63,336 nt of DNA, filler included, from Globobulimina sp. (GCA_003354225.1; 32 parts of 32 records of this genome joined end to end with filler, not necessarily neighbours in it), one strand, 5' to 3'; counted from the first letter of the whole stretch, positions 35,700 to 49,471 are shown. Numbers and translations: made by a program. The notes: generated by a model from the letters alone, not told the origin.

Positions 35700-37461
35700 A
35701 AATTGTTGTTTTTTTTGTGCTGTTCATCGAGTAAAACACGCATCAGTTTAAGGTGACAAGTCATATTCAAACTTTATATACAATTTAAGTCCGATATAAA
35801 AATCAATTATCAACAATAATAATTTTTGTATTTTGTGAGCCCAATGATATTAATTTAATTACTTTGTTATATCCATATTTGTTTTGAATTATATTATTGA
35901 TGCAATGTGGTGTAACAATATACATTTCATCATCATCTGTCATGCATTCGTTATGACATTTTTACCAAATAAAAAATGCAAATTATTAATAGTTTTGCAA
36001 TATGAATGGTGATAACCACATTGAATACTCGCAATATGTAAATCGAGATGGCCATACTTAAAATATTGCATTATTTTTGGTATTTCAACATTATCGACAG
36101 TGCCATCACCACATTGTCCGTCATAATTAAAGCCCCAACAATACGCATTACCGTCAAAATCCAATGCTAAATTATGAAATGCACCGCATTCAATATCCTT
36201 AAATAGCACAATCATCAGATATACAGAAACATATATTATCTGTTTATGACAACTGAAATTATAAAAAACAGATACGATATGTTTCTGTTTCTGAATTGAT
36301 ATGAACCTTAATTCGTATATCACTGTCAACAAAATATTCAATTTGTTTCGGCAGCTTTCCGTCGGATTTGATTGATCCAATTTGGCCATACGAGTTACTG
36401 CCGCATGACCATACAAATCCATTTGAGTCTAAAAACAATGAATGCAAATATCCACATCGAATGGATATAATATTCACATTAAAGCCATTCAATAAATGCC
36501 ACTTATTTGATGATAAAGTTGTGCCATAACTGAGTTCTGTGCAATATATCCGATTATAGCCTGCAAAGTGTGTTATTAAAGCAATTATTTCCTTTGGAAT
36601 CCCTTTGTAATTACAAATATTCATTCTTTCCTTTCGAATAAAATATGATATCACCACTGTTGACACACTGTGAATGCACTGCAATGCAATGGAATATTTC
36701 AATGATGATTTAATATCACAAATTAATCTCAACTCATAAACTATTTTTGGCAGTGCTTTGTTGCGTTTCCCAGGTAATCCTAACTGATATTTATCATTCA
36801 GTCCATTGCCATATACTTTGGAATCATCTGTTAACCAAAAGGTACAATATCCGCATGAAGACACACACACTTTCACAATATTTATATTATTCTGTGCGAA
36901 GTATTGTATTTCTGCGAGTGAGCTGACATTTGGTTGCAAATTGTTTATACCGCATGGCCCATAATAGTTATATCCCGACGCTGAGAGAGCTTTGTTGCCG
37001 TTCGAACTGTAGATAGTATACGCATTGCCTGAATATATATTTTCAATCCGTGCTGGTAATTGGGTCAATTTTTTTAACTCTTTGGTGTGTCCTAAACCTG
37101 CTTCGCCGTTTGAATTTTTACCAATAAATAATACCAGTTTACCGCTATCATTATCTATGACCATATCGTCAGTCATATCGCCATGGATACAATGCGGCGG
37201 TTCAACGTTGAGGTTGCCCACTATGTCAACGGTACCATGATCAGATCCAAGCTCGTCATCTTCGAATTCCTCACTTTCGTCCTCATACAGCAGTAATTCC
37301 AGTGTTTGGTCCTCACTCTCTTCCTCAGTGTGGTGGATCAAATCCTTTTCATTTGAAATATTCAACTTTCCTGCAATTTTATTCTCAGTAAATTGTTTAT
37401 CGATTTTTATTAATTCATCATCTTCTTTAAGAGAAAGAGACGCCGAAGAAATCACACCCAT
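35700..37461 (-). CDS. RCC1-repeat protein (multi-exon)
   Basis: GKNSNGEAGLGH, GLNDKYQLG, IRCGYLHSLFLDSNGFVWSCGSNSYGQIG, CGAFHNLALD...WGFNYDGQCG. Confidence 0.88.
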
Positions 37462-37681
37462 GCTACTGATGTTAGAGACTTAATGTCAGCTCGTATCTTC
37501 ATACTAACTTGGACCATATCAATATCATATGCTGTCAGAATGTCCACATACGATGGCAGAGGTGCATCATCTTCGAACTTGNNNNNNNNNNNNNNNNNNN
37601 NNNNNNNNNNNNNNNNNNNNNNNNNTTAATTAATTAANNNNNNNNNNNNNNNNNNNNNNNNNNNNNNNNNNNNNNNNNNNN

Positions 37682-38921
37682 GGCACCGACACCCATTCAA
37701 TCTGCGACATGGCCCATTTTATTGTCTGGATACAATGTGATTGGCGTCGCACGAACCGGTTCGGGTAAGACGTTGGCCTTTTTATTACCCGCAGTGGTGC
37801 ATATTTTCGCACAGCCAAAGATTCGTTGTGGTGACGGACCCATTGCGGTTATTGTGGCACCAACGCGAGAGTTGGCCTGTCAGATTGAGGGAGAAGTGGT
37901 GAAGTTTGCATGCAACGTAAGGCATTGTTGCGTGTACGGTGGGGCAAAGAGGTTGGTCCAGAAAAGGAAATTGCTGGCGGGTGTGTCCATTGTTATTGCT
38001 ACGCCCGGCCGTTTGTTGGATTTCTTAAGGAGCAAAGTAACGAATTTTAAGCGAGTAACGTACTGCGTGATTGATGAAGCGGATCGTTTGTTGGATATGG
38101 GATTTGAGCCACAATTGAATGCCATTATGAGTCAAATACGACCCGATCGCCAAATGATGATGTTTTCGGCCACCTGGCCAAAAGAAGTACGGTCGTTGGC
38201 CAAGAATTATATGGTTAATAACGATGATAGCAATATTTATCAGGTCGCCATTGGCTCTATGGACACATTAAAGTATGCTATATTTTTCTATTTAAAAACG
38301 TTTTGAGCGACGTGTTTTTTTTTGTTTTTTGTTTTCAGAGCAAATAAGGACGTTTTGCAAGAAATACTCTTTATGGAAAAAGGAGAAAAAATAAGTGAAT
38401 TAAAAAGATTGATTGATGTTTATATTGAAGAAGATAAAGAATGTAAGATTTTGGTGTTTATCGCGACGAAGAGAATGTGTAATCAGATCAGTGAGATGCT
38501 GTGGAGTGACGGGTATTGGGTTACGTGCATCCATGGCGATAAAGCGCAGAATCAGAGAGACCGCGCATTAGCCAGTTTCCGCGAGGGCAAAATGAAGATA
38601 ATGTTGGCCACCGATGTGGCATCGCGTGGTATTCATGTGGATGATATTAAGTTGGTGATAAATTTTGATTTTCCCAATCAAATCGAAGATTATGTGCACC
38701 GCATTGGGCGAACGGGCCGAGCCGGTAGTAAAGGAACGGCGATCTCATTTTTTGTGGGGGCAGAGGATGGCGGCAAAGCTAAACAGTTAGTCCAAGTGTT
38801 AAAAGATGCGAACCAGAAAGTACCTGCGGAATTACTTCAATTTAGATCGATGGATCGTGGTCGAGGTAGAAGAAATTTTAACAGAAATCGATTTTACAGA
38901 AATAGGAATTCGCGCTGGTAA
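37682..38921 (+). CDS. DEAD-box RNA helicase, Dbp2/DDX5-like (5' truncated; intron ~38273-38338)
   Basis: [68 protein letters not shown]. Confidence 0.93.
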
Positions 38922-39663
38922 TTTGATATCGATGGATCATTATTATCCTATTTAATATTTTAGGAAGACTGTAATTTAATTTTATATTATTGACACCAAA
39001 CTATTTGTATTTTTTTTTAATATCGAAACAATTTGCAAATGAGTTAAATGATTTATTTATTTTCGCCATGATATTTTTTTTTGGGTAAACTTGTTTCTTT
39101 GTGCTAGAAATCCGATAAATTTGTGAGGTGTGAAAAGCTAAAAATTATCGGTACACAGCACAAAATTTTCTTGTTTAATAATTGCAAGGATAGTTCAGAT
39201 GAAATTTATTTAATTAAATTCGTATTTGCGCGATATCTCACATGCAAAATGCAAGTACACTATGGAATATAACACAACTTAAGTACGAGCATCACATTGC
39301 GATTTGTCATAATTTAAGTTTCTTATTTAATATTGAAAATATCAGCAAGATTGGATGCAGCTGTTTAGTCGCCAATCCTCGGATAATCGCATATCACTCC
39401 AAACAATACTCCTCCATAAAACACATCAGAAATGGTGCAATCAGCGTGTTTCCTCTCAATAAATACATTATTGACCATAGCAGCTAGTGAAGCTTTAGCG
39501 AAAAGAGTTGCGGTAGATTTGGCAATGAGTATGTAAACAATTCTGGAAATGTTGGCCTTTGGGNNNNNNNNNNNNNNNNNNNNNNNNNNNNNNNNNNNNN
39601 NNNNNNNTTAATTAATTAANNNNNNNNNNNNNNNNNNNNNNNNNNNNNNNNNNNNNNNNNNNN

Positions 39664-40637
39664 CGGTAAACAATTCTTATTTTATGATTCTAACAAGACA
39701 AAAATAAACGAGAAGAAAGCTAAAGAGTTAAAATTTACATTGAATTTGGATGGTTTTGAGACAGAACAAAAAGTAGTAAATGAAGTAGATACAGTGATGA
39801 CAATGAAATCATGCATCGATAACAAAGAATCACATCCAATCTTACAACACTTCAAAGAAAAACTTAGCAGAGTTTATAATGTGTCAGTACATCAAATCAA
39901 AATCATGGATATATTTTGCGGTTCGATTAACGTGACCTACGTTGTGGATGTCCCAAAGGACAAACTCGAAACGTATTACGCCGAAAATATTTCCGGTGAA
40001 AAGGGTGATATTGACAGCAGAATGAAAGCGCAATTTAAACAATACAATGATTGTAAAATTCATGCGATATTATTTCGTGATTCATTTGATATCAATATGT
40101 TCGATGAAAAAGGCAATAAAACCTTTGAGAGGCAGTACTTATAAAGTGGGACCGAAGGGTTATGAGCAAGATTACATTCAACCGGCTGGCTGGGTTAGAT
40201 TTGGGTTAAATATTCTGAAAAGTTGCAAATATGGAGCTGACCATAGCTGGTTAACACCTTTTCAACACGCAAATAATTGGTATCGTTGCTATCACGGAAC
40301 AGGAAGTTCAAACAGTAGCAGTGGTAAATCAGTGGATGGAAGGGCGTGGATACATAACGGAGGATTTCATTATGCAAATAACGCAGCGTATGGTCCCGGT
40401 GTGTATTGTAGCCCAGATCCGAAATGGTTGGAGAGCAAATATGCCGGAACACATACTGTGAATGGTAAAAAATATAAATTTATGTTGCAATGCGGTGTAA
40501 ATCCAAATGGTGTTCGGATATATCAAGATAAACTGTGTGGGAAGAATTGGAGTGGTGGATCACCGTGGGGCCCAATATGGATTGCAAATGCACCAAATGA
40601 GATAAGACCGTATGGTATATTGATCAAGGAAGTATAA
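39664..40637 (+). CDS. ADP-ribosyltransferase-fold protein (NEURL4 C-terminal/PARP-like); apparent 1-nt frameshift near 40125-40130
   Basis: YIQPAGWVRFGLNI...WYRCYHGT...YGPGVYCSPD...MLQCGVNP...IRPYGILIKE. Confidence 0.75.
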
Positions 40638-40903
40638 CGTATAATTCATGGTAACACTTTGTATAATATACAGTTTTTATTTGTTATTTATTTTTTGTTA
40701 TTTATTTTTTGTGTATTTATATAAGATGCACGATTATATACAGTAGTAACAAAAAACATAGACATCACAGTCACAGTCACAGTCACAGTATTGACAAACA
40801 ACAAAAAAAACAGTTCACACTGTCACAGCAACTGAGTGGAAAATATTTTTCGAATTAAGAATTTAAAAAAACCTGTCCCTTTAATAGTAGTATGTTCAGC
40901 ACA

Positions 40904-41442
40904 ATGCTGTCGATTGTTTTTTCCACTGTGGTGGCGTTAACTGCAGCGCAGCATCCATGGGTAACTAGTATGATATTGTCCATTTGCCACGTTTTTATGA
41001 TCGAGTGATAATTGTAATTCTAACAGCATGCGGAAACGCAACATATGGTCCAGTAAACCAAGGAATAGATTTTGTGGATTTACGACATCAATATAATACG
41101 ACATTGAATATAAGTATTCCACAAAAAGGAGTGGAAGAATATTCTTCAACTTATGGTGGATATCAATTCTGGTTTATTGATCTCAACAACAAACAATTAT
41201 TTCAAACTAATCCTCGATATTATTTGCCTCAATGGGGATGTTGGTGTGCATGGGGAATGACAGGTAAATGTCCAGAATGTGTTGCGCCAGAATGTATTGC
41301 TGGATCTTGCGTATTATCATCTGTTGGATATGCATTTTTCAAAGATAAATTGTATTGTTTTATGGTTAATATTGCAAAAACAGAATTTCTTGCTAATTTG
41401 ACTATTACCATTTTCGATACCATCTACCCTTTTTTTTGTTAA
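40904..41442 (+). CDS. Small secreted Cys-rich protein, one intron (~40968-41026)
   Basis: Signal-peptide-like MLSIVFSTVVALTAAQ; splices in frame to TCGNATYGP... Confidence 0.5.
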
Positions 41443-41759
41443 AAATGTAAATATCTGGATTTCTAAAAATGCTTTAAACCCGTAAAAAGTCCAATTTATC
41501 TAAAACTTCAACAACAGAAAAACTGTCAATTCTCTAAATGACACTNNNNNNNNNNNNNNNNNNNNNNNNNNNNNNNNNNNNNNNNNNNNTTAATTAATTA
41601 ANNNNNNNNNNNNNNNNNNNNNNNNNNNNNNNNNNNNNNNNNNNNGGGCACTTCACTGTGCGCAATTGGGGTAATACCCATTGCTTGTACCTTGTCACAT
41701 AAAAGAAAGAACTCATCCCATGTTTTAGGGGCGCTCTGCTGATTGGCATTTTTCATAAT

Positions 41760-41960
41760 TTGGCTGTTACAACTGTTGGTAGCGTTCCCTTCATTCTGAT
41801 CGTCAACAAAAGTGATTTGCGCGACGAATGGGAGATTACAACCGATGATTTAGACTCCCTGCGGCAACAGGGTTGGCATATTATCGAAACCAGTGCAAAA
41901 GAAGACCATGGCGTTACAGAAGCTTTTGAAAAACTGGCCGAATTGATGACCTCTTTTTAA
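41760..41960 (+). CDS. C-terminal fragment of a Ras-like small GTPase, probably bacterial (chimeric end)
   Basis: VPFILIVNKSDL (G4) and ETSAK (G5); no CaaX or prenylation tail; higher GC than host genes. Confidence 0.65.
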   Translation: MAVTTVGSVPFILIVNKSDLRDEWEITTDDLDSLRQQGWHIIETSAKEDHGVTEAFEKLAELMTSF

Positions 41961-42158
41961 TACAAATCCCCCCGCAAGGCGCTGTCTGACGAAGTGTGTG
42001 ATTCGCTCTTGAAATATGATGAGTATAATACGATATGTTATGAATATAATATGACAAGTTATATAATATGAAATGTTTGTAATATGAGTAATTAAGGTAT
42101 ACAATTAACACAGTACAAATTGCAAAAAAGACAACAATGTTAGGTTTACACAACATAA

Positions 42159-43031
42159 TTATTGGTCAACTCTGAGATATGTATAAGCCGCGGCATTTCT
42201 ATGCGTCGAATTATCTTTAACCGCATCAGCAAAATATTTATATTCCACCGTACTTTCTTCATCCAAATTTAATAATTCTTTTAATCTTTCACCAATTTTA
42301 AATTTTAACTCATTTTTCGTATTATCTCGATTCCAAATACTAATCAAACAGACTTCTCTTCGAATCGACAATAAAATACCAACCAATTCTTCTGTTAAAA
42401 ATTTCTCACTAATTGTTAACATAAACAATTCCTCCCACAATACATCCAAAAAATGCTCATTTTTTGCAATCTTAATAATCCAACAACCGCCTCTCGGAAA
42501 TGACTGTGTATATTACAAACAGAATAAAGACCAGTTATATTACAAAAACATGAGTGGTTGCCATTGTGTACCAGTAATACCACACATTTTATGTGATATA
42601 ACTAGCTGGTTTTTATATATTAATGTATTAATTGTAATTAACGTATACCTCCCAGGCAGGAACTGCATTGCCTCGAAATAGAGCAATATTTAATCCGTCA
42701 CCTAACTGACTGGGCCTTTTTAAATGACAATAATGTCTCCAAAAGGATTCGATTGAATCAATTGTACCCAATTTACGTAAACAGCTTAAATATAATTCAT
42801 GTGATGAATTTGGTGGTAACTGTTCTTTATTTAATTGGTACCAATACAATGCCCATGATGCATGTAAACGATGTTCATTCGATGAAACAGGCAATGGCGG
42901 TGATATTGTTTGCGATGGTTTTAATGCACCATTTGATTCTTCCAAAGCATTGGTTCTAGAGTTATATATTAAATAAATGTTTTTTTTCATGTTGTTACCC
43001 TTTCAAAGATATTTAACTTTTGCAATGCCAT
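42159..43031 (-). CDS. eIF4E: Cap-binding translation initiation factor eIF4E family member (two introns)
   Basis: HRLHASWALYW, SIESFWRHYCHLKRPS, LFR...PAWE|..GGCWII, WEEL, ISIWNR. Confidence 0.9.
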
Positions 43032-43627
43032 GATGCCTTGTTTTAAATTTGATGTTTGAGATTGTTAACCATGCAATGCTGTTGACTTGAAAATCTATTT
43101 TGAGGTTTTTCACTAACAAAAAAAACCACCAAAAAAACAAAACATCCCGTGATTCGTAAACAGTGACATTCCATTTTTCCATGTTTCGCACAAAGATTTC
43201 ATGGTTAAACAATAACAACAATTAACAGATGTTAATCAACAATTAATTATAATATACTAATAGTTCTTGACAGACTATGGTTTCAATTGGGTTGTTCAAA
43301 TGAGGATTCATAAGCTTGTATCCTTTCGACAGGTTTCTTAAAGTTATCTTAGAGGCCTTTGTGATTGTTTTTGTTTCCATTTTGTATGAAGATAAGGATT
43401 TAAATTTAAGGTATTGTATCACAGGATGTAAAATTTGATATTCCATAAAATCTCCGTCTGTTTGTATGCATAAAACGAAAAGTTTTGATTTTGTGCAGCT
43501 AAAATATTAATAAATAGTGGCTGCATTNNNNNNNNNNNNNNNNNNNNNNNNNNNNNNNNNNNNNNNNNNNNTTAATTAATTAANNNNNNNNNNNNNNNNN
43601 NNNNNNNNNNNNNNNNNNNNNNNNNNN

Positions 43628-43984
43628 GGAATTACATCCTAAATAAATCCATCTATTTGTTTTACTAAAAGCAATATTATCATTTTGATCTAAAAATGAA
43701 GATGTAACACCAATTGATTGTTTTGGCAATTGATCTAATTTAATATTATGGCTTGGAATTGGTTTGGGTTTTTTCTTTCGGGATAGTATGATATCTGAAA
43801 TTATATTATTAATATTGTCAGCCTCAGATTGTTGATTTGCTGATGTATCTAATATTTGATTAAATAATGCCTTGATGATAATGTTACTGTTTCCATTTAC
43901 TAATTTAGTAACAAATTGATGTATTTCAGATTGTGTTAATTGATCAGCTAGAAATCGAAACTTGACTGCTTTAGTGAGCGACAT
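43628..43984 (-). CDS. F-box-like protein N-terminus (partial)
   Basis: IKLDQLPKQSIGVTSSFLDQNDNIAFSKTNRWIY is F-box-like. Confidence 0.5.
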
Positions 43985-44028
43985 TATTGTTGAGAGGGTA
44001 AGATTTTTAAAAAAACTTTTACTAAACC

Positions 44029-45509
44029 ATGTTCCGAAATGACACAGAGTCCATAGATATTGGAGCAATAGATATTGATAATCTAGTCGATGGAATGATG
44101 GATGATGAGGATTTGCTGATAGATGTAATTCCATCCAAAGATAGCTCAGATGATCATGATAATATAATGCCAACAGGCGATGATGTGCTTGGCGCAGTCT
44201 TAGAAATGCAAAGCTATGACGACAGTCACAGTGAACAACAGACACAGCAAAAACCAATGAAAGACTCTTTAAAAAAACCACAAACAACTCAAGATTCAAT
44301 GGATATTTCAAATTATAATATAAATGACATTGATTCATTCGGCGAAGAAGAGAAGCAATTACAAGTCATAGGCGCTCAAGACAGTGACTTACATTTACCT
44401 GACATGGATCTAACAGTTACGTGTGTTCTGCGAATATGCGCATAATAACAGTACTTCTTTGCATTCATTTCTAATATAAACAGAAAACAGACATTCAACA
44501 TTTATTGGACGTATCAGTTATGACCTTATTACATCCCGATTTTTACAAAGAAGAAAACTTAATTTTACGTCGGGAACAATTAAAAAAACATTCCCTCCTT
44601 TTACAAGATTGGAAAAACGCGCAAATTGATTCGTTCATAGTCTCCGTCGCCGACGCAATGAGCAAAATAAATAACATCGCCATGTATGACCAGGATTGGC
44701 ATACCAACGTACACAAAGACGATGAAAAAACAAAGGAAACCTATTTATTACACGAAGAAGATGACTTATCAGCATTGAAAATGGTGCCAGAGTCATTTTT
44801 TGGCAAACATAAAAACAACGCATTGGATGATAAGACTAACACTGGCGCACAATCTCTCCCTTCGGGTGCGGATTATCTCCGTAATACCACAGAATTAGCA
44901 CTCGGCGAGACCCTAAAAGGCGGATTGAAGACACTCAAAGGCGGATTGGGCGCAGTCAAAGGACAGATCCAGAACAAAAGCAACGTCGTCTGTGGCGCTT
45001 GCGGGGTCAGAATAAAATTCAAAGCCAAAAAACGGCACAAATATAATTACATTGGCTTCATCTGCAAAAAAACAAAGCGTGAGTGGATATTTCACGATTA
45101 TTTATGTGTCAAATTGCGCAAAATTAAAGAAGCGATTAAAGAGTATGTATACGCGAGCGAGAAGGATGAAAATATCAATGTGGAGGATGAAAATGCTTTA
45201 ATTAATATCGAGACCAACGCGTCACAGAAACGCAGCAGTCATTTACGACCGATTAAGAAGACCACGCCGAAGAAAGGCGATGATAATTACAATTTGGATG
45301 CGGACACTGTCATTTCTCACCGCGACGATTCCGTGGACTCATCCTGGTCCAGACCCTCCCTTTCCTCTAATTACGATGACGACGATTCTGACCATGATCT
45401 AAAGCAACAAACTACCAATGAGCTGGAAAAGGCCACTTTACAAAAGCAGTCAAAAAGTATTGTCGACATCAACCGGGATAAGTTAGGCTATATCATCGCC
45501 GATGGGGTG
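44029..45509 (+). CDS. Hypothetical acidic protein, one intron (~44417-44483), 3' truncated
   Basis: Two ORFs joined by GT-AG; contains CGACG...C...H..C. Confidence 0.55.
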
Positions 45510-45609
45510 NNNNNNNNNNNNNNNNNNNNNNNNNNNNNNNNNNNNNNNNNNNNTTAATTAATTAANNNNNNNNNNNNNNNNNNNNNNNNNNNNNNNNNNN
45601 NNNNNNNNN

Positions 45610-47490
45610 AGTATTCCATCCCATCGCGTTTGCCTCCAAATCATTCACCCAAACACAGCAAAATTGGCACGTCAGTGAGCAGGAAGTATTCGCAGTGATA
45701 TACTTCGTCGAGAAATGGCGTTATTTGGTACTTGGACGGCATTTTACGGTACATACAGACCATAAAAACTTACAAGAGCTCTTCAACCGAGCCAAGAACT
45801 TCCGAGCGGGCAAATTGTACCGATGGGCGGTGAGATTGCAGGAATACGACTTTACTGCGGTTTACGTCCCTGGCTATGATAATATTATCGCAGATTATTT
45901 ATCAAGAAATGGATTGCATAAAACACATACATTGGACGGCATAATCATTGATGAGTCGCGCGAACAGCGCAAAATCGCAACTCATGATATAAATGCCTTA
46001 TATTTGGACCATTTCCATTCACAAATAATCACTGGCGACTTCATAGACACACTCGGCGACGAACTACATAATGACCTCATTGCTCATTGCCCCCTATCAC
46101 GGCGCCCAAAATCTACTCGAAATTCAGCCAAATCGCACTCAAATCCGACACTAAAATTAAATTTGACTCAATCGACCACACGAAATTATGATCGAATTAA
46201 TTCGCATTCGATCCAAACTAATTACAATTTGCGGCATAATATGGTTGGATTCGATGATTTTTATCATCAAATCACCGACAAATACCCGACAGCGATGCAT
46301 GATTCACACGATTTGCATGCATTGATGGCCACGAATCGCCACGCAAAATCGCATAATATTGACAATCAACATGATCTAAACCACGATAGAATGGGTTCAG
46401 ATCATCACGGAATGAGCCCGGAACACGTCTTAATTCATCCGGACCATGCACGAATTGGTTCGGATTTGCATAATAATCAAAATACGATTGGCTCAAACCA
46501 CGATAGAATGGGTTTGAACCACGATACGATGGTCCCGGATAACGACTTAATTCACCTGGATCTCACTATAAATCATCCAGATCGCGCTAATCCGGACCAT
46601 ATCGATGATATTTGCGAGCACAATGACGAGGATATTTGCGAGCACAATGACGAGGATATTTGCGAGCACAACGACGATGATGACATTTCAATGGATTCAT
46701 CACGTGACCGGAGCCCATTTGATAGGCATTTCGAAGCTGACTACGACGAATCGACCGATAGCGATTCAGACCCACCAACACCACGACGCCATGATAGAGG
46801 CAAAGAGGAAGCGGAAGAGAGTGGTTTTCTTGATGAATTTTTACAAAAACTTCAAGAGTGACGAGTGTTTGCCGCAAGAAAAATTAAAAATAAAATACAA
46901 CACAAACAACACGAACAACACATAAACAAACCCATAAAACCAAAACAAACACTAAAACAGCAAATAAAACAGTCAGAAACGCGTCGCAGATCGACACGAA
47001 TAAGAAACAGATTGCCGGCAAACCAAGAAGCCGACATAAATAACTCCGAATTAATTGAAATCCCGCATGTTGATGATATCCTAAATAAAGCACAGCGCAA
47101 ATCCTATGAAGAGCGCCTAAACAAAGCGATTGCTTTAAACAATCAAATATTATCATATAAACCATGCGATCCCATCCATAACATTGATACCATCGATCCC
47201 ATTCCATCCATAATACTCGATCGGTATTATCCGAAGCATATAACTCCGGACCTAATACTACAAAAACAGCAATCCGATCCGTGGCTGTATGGCATAATCC
47301 AATATTTATTAACCGATAATACTTATTTAATACGGGCATTACCTAAATATTTGTATAGATTTGTATTGAATGGCAAATATAAGGTAAATGAAAATGGATT
47401 ATTATTTTATAAATATAAAGAGAATGATTATAAAGTTGTCGTACCTGACACTTTACGCAAATCCATAATGCAAAATGCCCACGATTTGGT
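45610..47490 (+). mobile_element. Ty3/gypsy-type LTR retrotransposon pol fragment (RNase H, long linker, start of integrase zinc domain) with one in-frame TGA
   Basis: PIAFASKS...EQEVFAVIYFVEKWRYLVLGRHFTVHTDHKNL...RWAVRLQEYDF..YVPG..NIIADYLSR, then QQSDP...GLLFY...VVVPDTLRKSIMQNAHD. Confidence 0.9.
46606..46677 (+). repeat. 24-bp coding tandem repeat x3 (DICEHNDE)
   Basis: gatatttgcgagcacaatgacgag repeated. Confidence 0.9.
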
Positions 47491-47590
47491 NNNNNNNNNN
47501 NNNNNNNNNNNNNNNNNNNNNNNNNNNNNNNNNNTTAATTAATTAANNNNNNNNNNNNNNNNNNNNNNNNNNNNNNNNNNNNNNNNNNNN

Positions 47591-49090
47591 AATGGGAGCT
47601 AACACATATCTGCATGCAGTAACACCAAAGTTTTTGGATGTTATGGCAGCGACTCTAGAAGCAGTATGACTGCGGCTTTGACGACTAAAGTGACTTTTAC
47701 TGCGAGTACTAGCCACACTTTCCATCCTATCCACCGATTGCCGCGTGCCGTGTTTCTCCTTATAATCTGATTCCAATGCCTTGAGAAACTGTTTAGTTGT
47801 GTTCAAGCACGCTTTTTCAGTGGATATGTCAAACTGTTTTTGCTTCTGCGCAATGCCACATAAATGGTACCGTAAATCACCAACAATATCTTTAATTGCC
47901 TGCAATTTATCAATAATAAAATACAGTTCATCCTCTTGCTGATCCATTGCCACTTCCTTACCAAAATAATCGCGTACCAGTATGACATTTGGTTCCTGCC
48001 CTCGTAGCACAATCGGCGAGTTATCAATCATCACACAACGCGATAAATGTTGGCCAAATAAAGTTAGATCTTTATAATAATATAACTTATTGTTATCTTT
48101 CCTGTATTTTAATATACAGTCACTGCGATATAACACCTGCTGCCATAGCCTTAAGATCTTCTCCTCATTGCGACCAATCGACTGTTTGATAATATCATGT
48201 AACTGCTGCAGCAATCCCTCGTATATACTCTGAACGGCAGAGGTATATAACACGACATTGAAAGAGTCCATGATTTCCTCCAGAAAGTCCTCTAAATTTG
48301 GCCTTATTCGCACGAGGAAACCTTCATAAACAAAATCGACTCTTTTCATGTTTCTTCGTTGTAAGCAAGGCTCTAATTTTTGTAATTTGTCGTTTGCTTT
48401 CGTAAAATCGATATTTATAATTTGTTTGGAATGAATCATCTGTATTTTGCAAGCAGTGGTTAATATTTTCAATATCTTACATTTGATATTTAAATAGTTA
48501 AAGATCCCGTTTTTATGATAACGCTTTTTTTCCACATTGTCGCTGATCCAAACGGACTGTTCAATTCGTTCGGAGCTAAACTTGTCCATTAACTGATTGT
48601 TGGTGAGCTGCAAAGTTAAGGTTTGTTCAAGTTTGACGACTCTGGCATTGTTTTGCTTGATTATTGAATTTGTTTGGAAGAAAGTAACCAAATCTCCAAT
48701 TTCCATTTCGTCGCTGAAATAGCGGACATATATTAATGTATTGTCAATATCTAATATTAGTAAAGGTTTATTGTTCTTATTGTTATGCCATAGATTCACA
48801 AATGTGTCAAATCGATGTTGTGCTTTTTTCTCGTTCAACTCTTGTTGGTCAACTAATTGGTTTAAGGATGTTTCACTATGATTTTCTTTCATTGCTTGTC
48901 GTTTGAATGTGGATTTTAATGAGGATAAGTACGCTTTTTTGTGGAACCGACGTTGTAAATATCTTTTTTCCCAATTTATATATGAGAGATCACCGTGATT
49001 GTCACTTAATAATTCTTCAAGTTGCTCATTTGCTAATGTTTGTATCGCTGAGCCTGTGTAATTGTTGCGTGTGGTAAGTGGAGACGCCAT
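47591..49090 (-). CDS. FCP1/SCP (NIF) HAD-family phosphatase (3' truncated)
   Basis: LLILDIDNTL (DxDxT), RIRPNLEDFL, VVLYTSA, LYRSDC, YYKDL, MIDNSP. Confidence 0.87.
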
Positions 49091-49151
49091 GTTTGCTTTT
49101 TGTTTTGCAGAAAAAGTTTGAACAACAAAAAAACCTACATAATAAATTAAA

Positions 49152-49471
49152 ATGAGTCGATATCATAAGTTGGTTTCACAAAGACAACGTGACAAACAAT
49201 TAGATGAAAGAAACCAAGCAAATTTTAGAGAATCATACCTTGATCATATTGTTGAAACTGCTCATATTGGTGTTAGGAATTTTGCTAACGTATGTTGTAT
49301 AGCTCTAGTTCCATTTTTTAATATTATCATGTAACAAATTGTAACATACAGCCAATTATATTGGGCAGAAAACGGAAAAAACCAAAACACGACAATCTCG
49401 ATTCACTCATATCCTATTTCCATAAAAAAAATGCAAATGATGATGATATTGATATGACAACTCAAAAAAAT
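49152..49471 (+). CDS. Hypothetical protein N-terminus, intron ~49290-49351 (partial)
   Basis: ATG 61 bp from the divergent phosphatase start; GT-AG intron. Confidence 0.4.
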
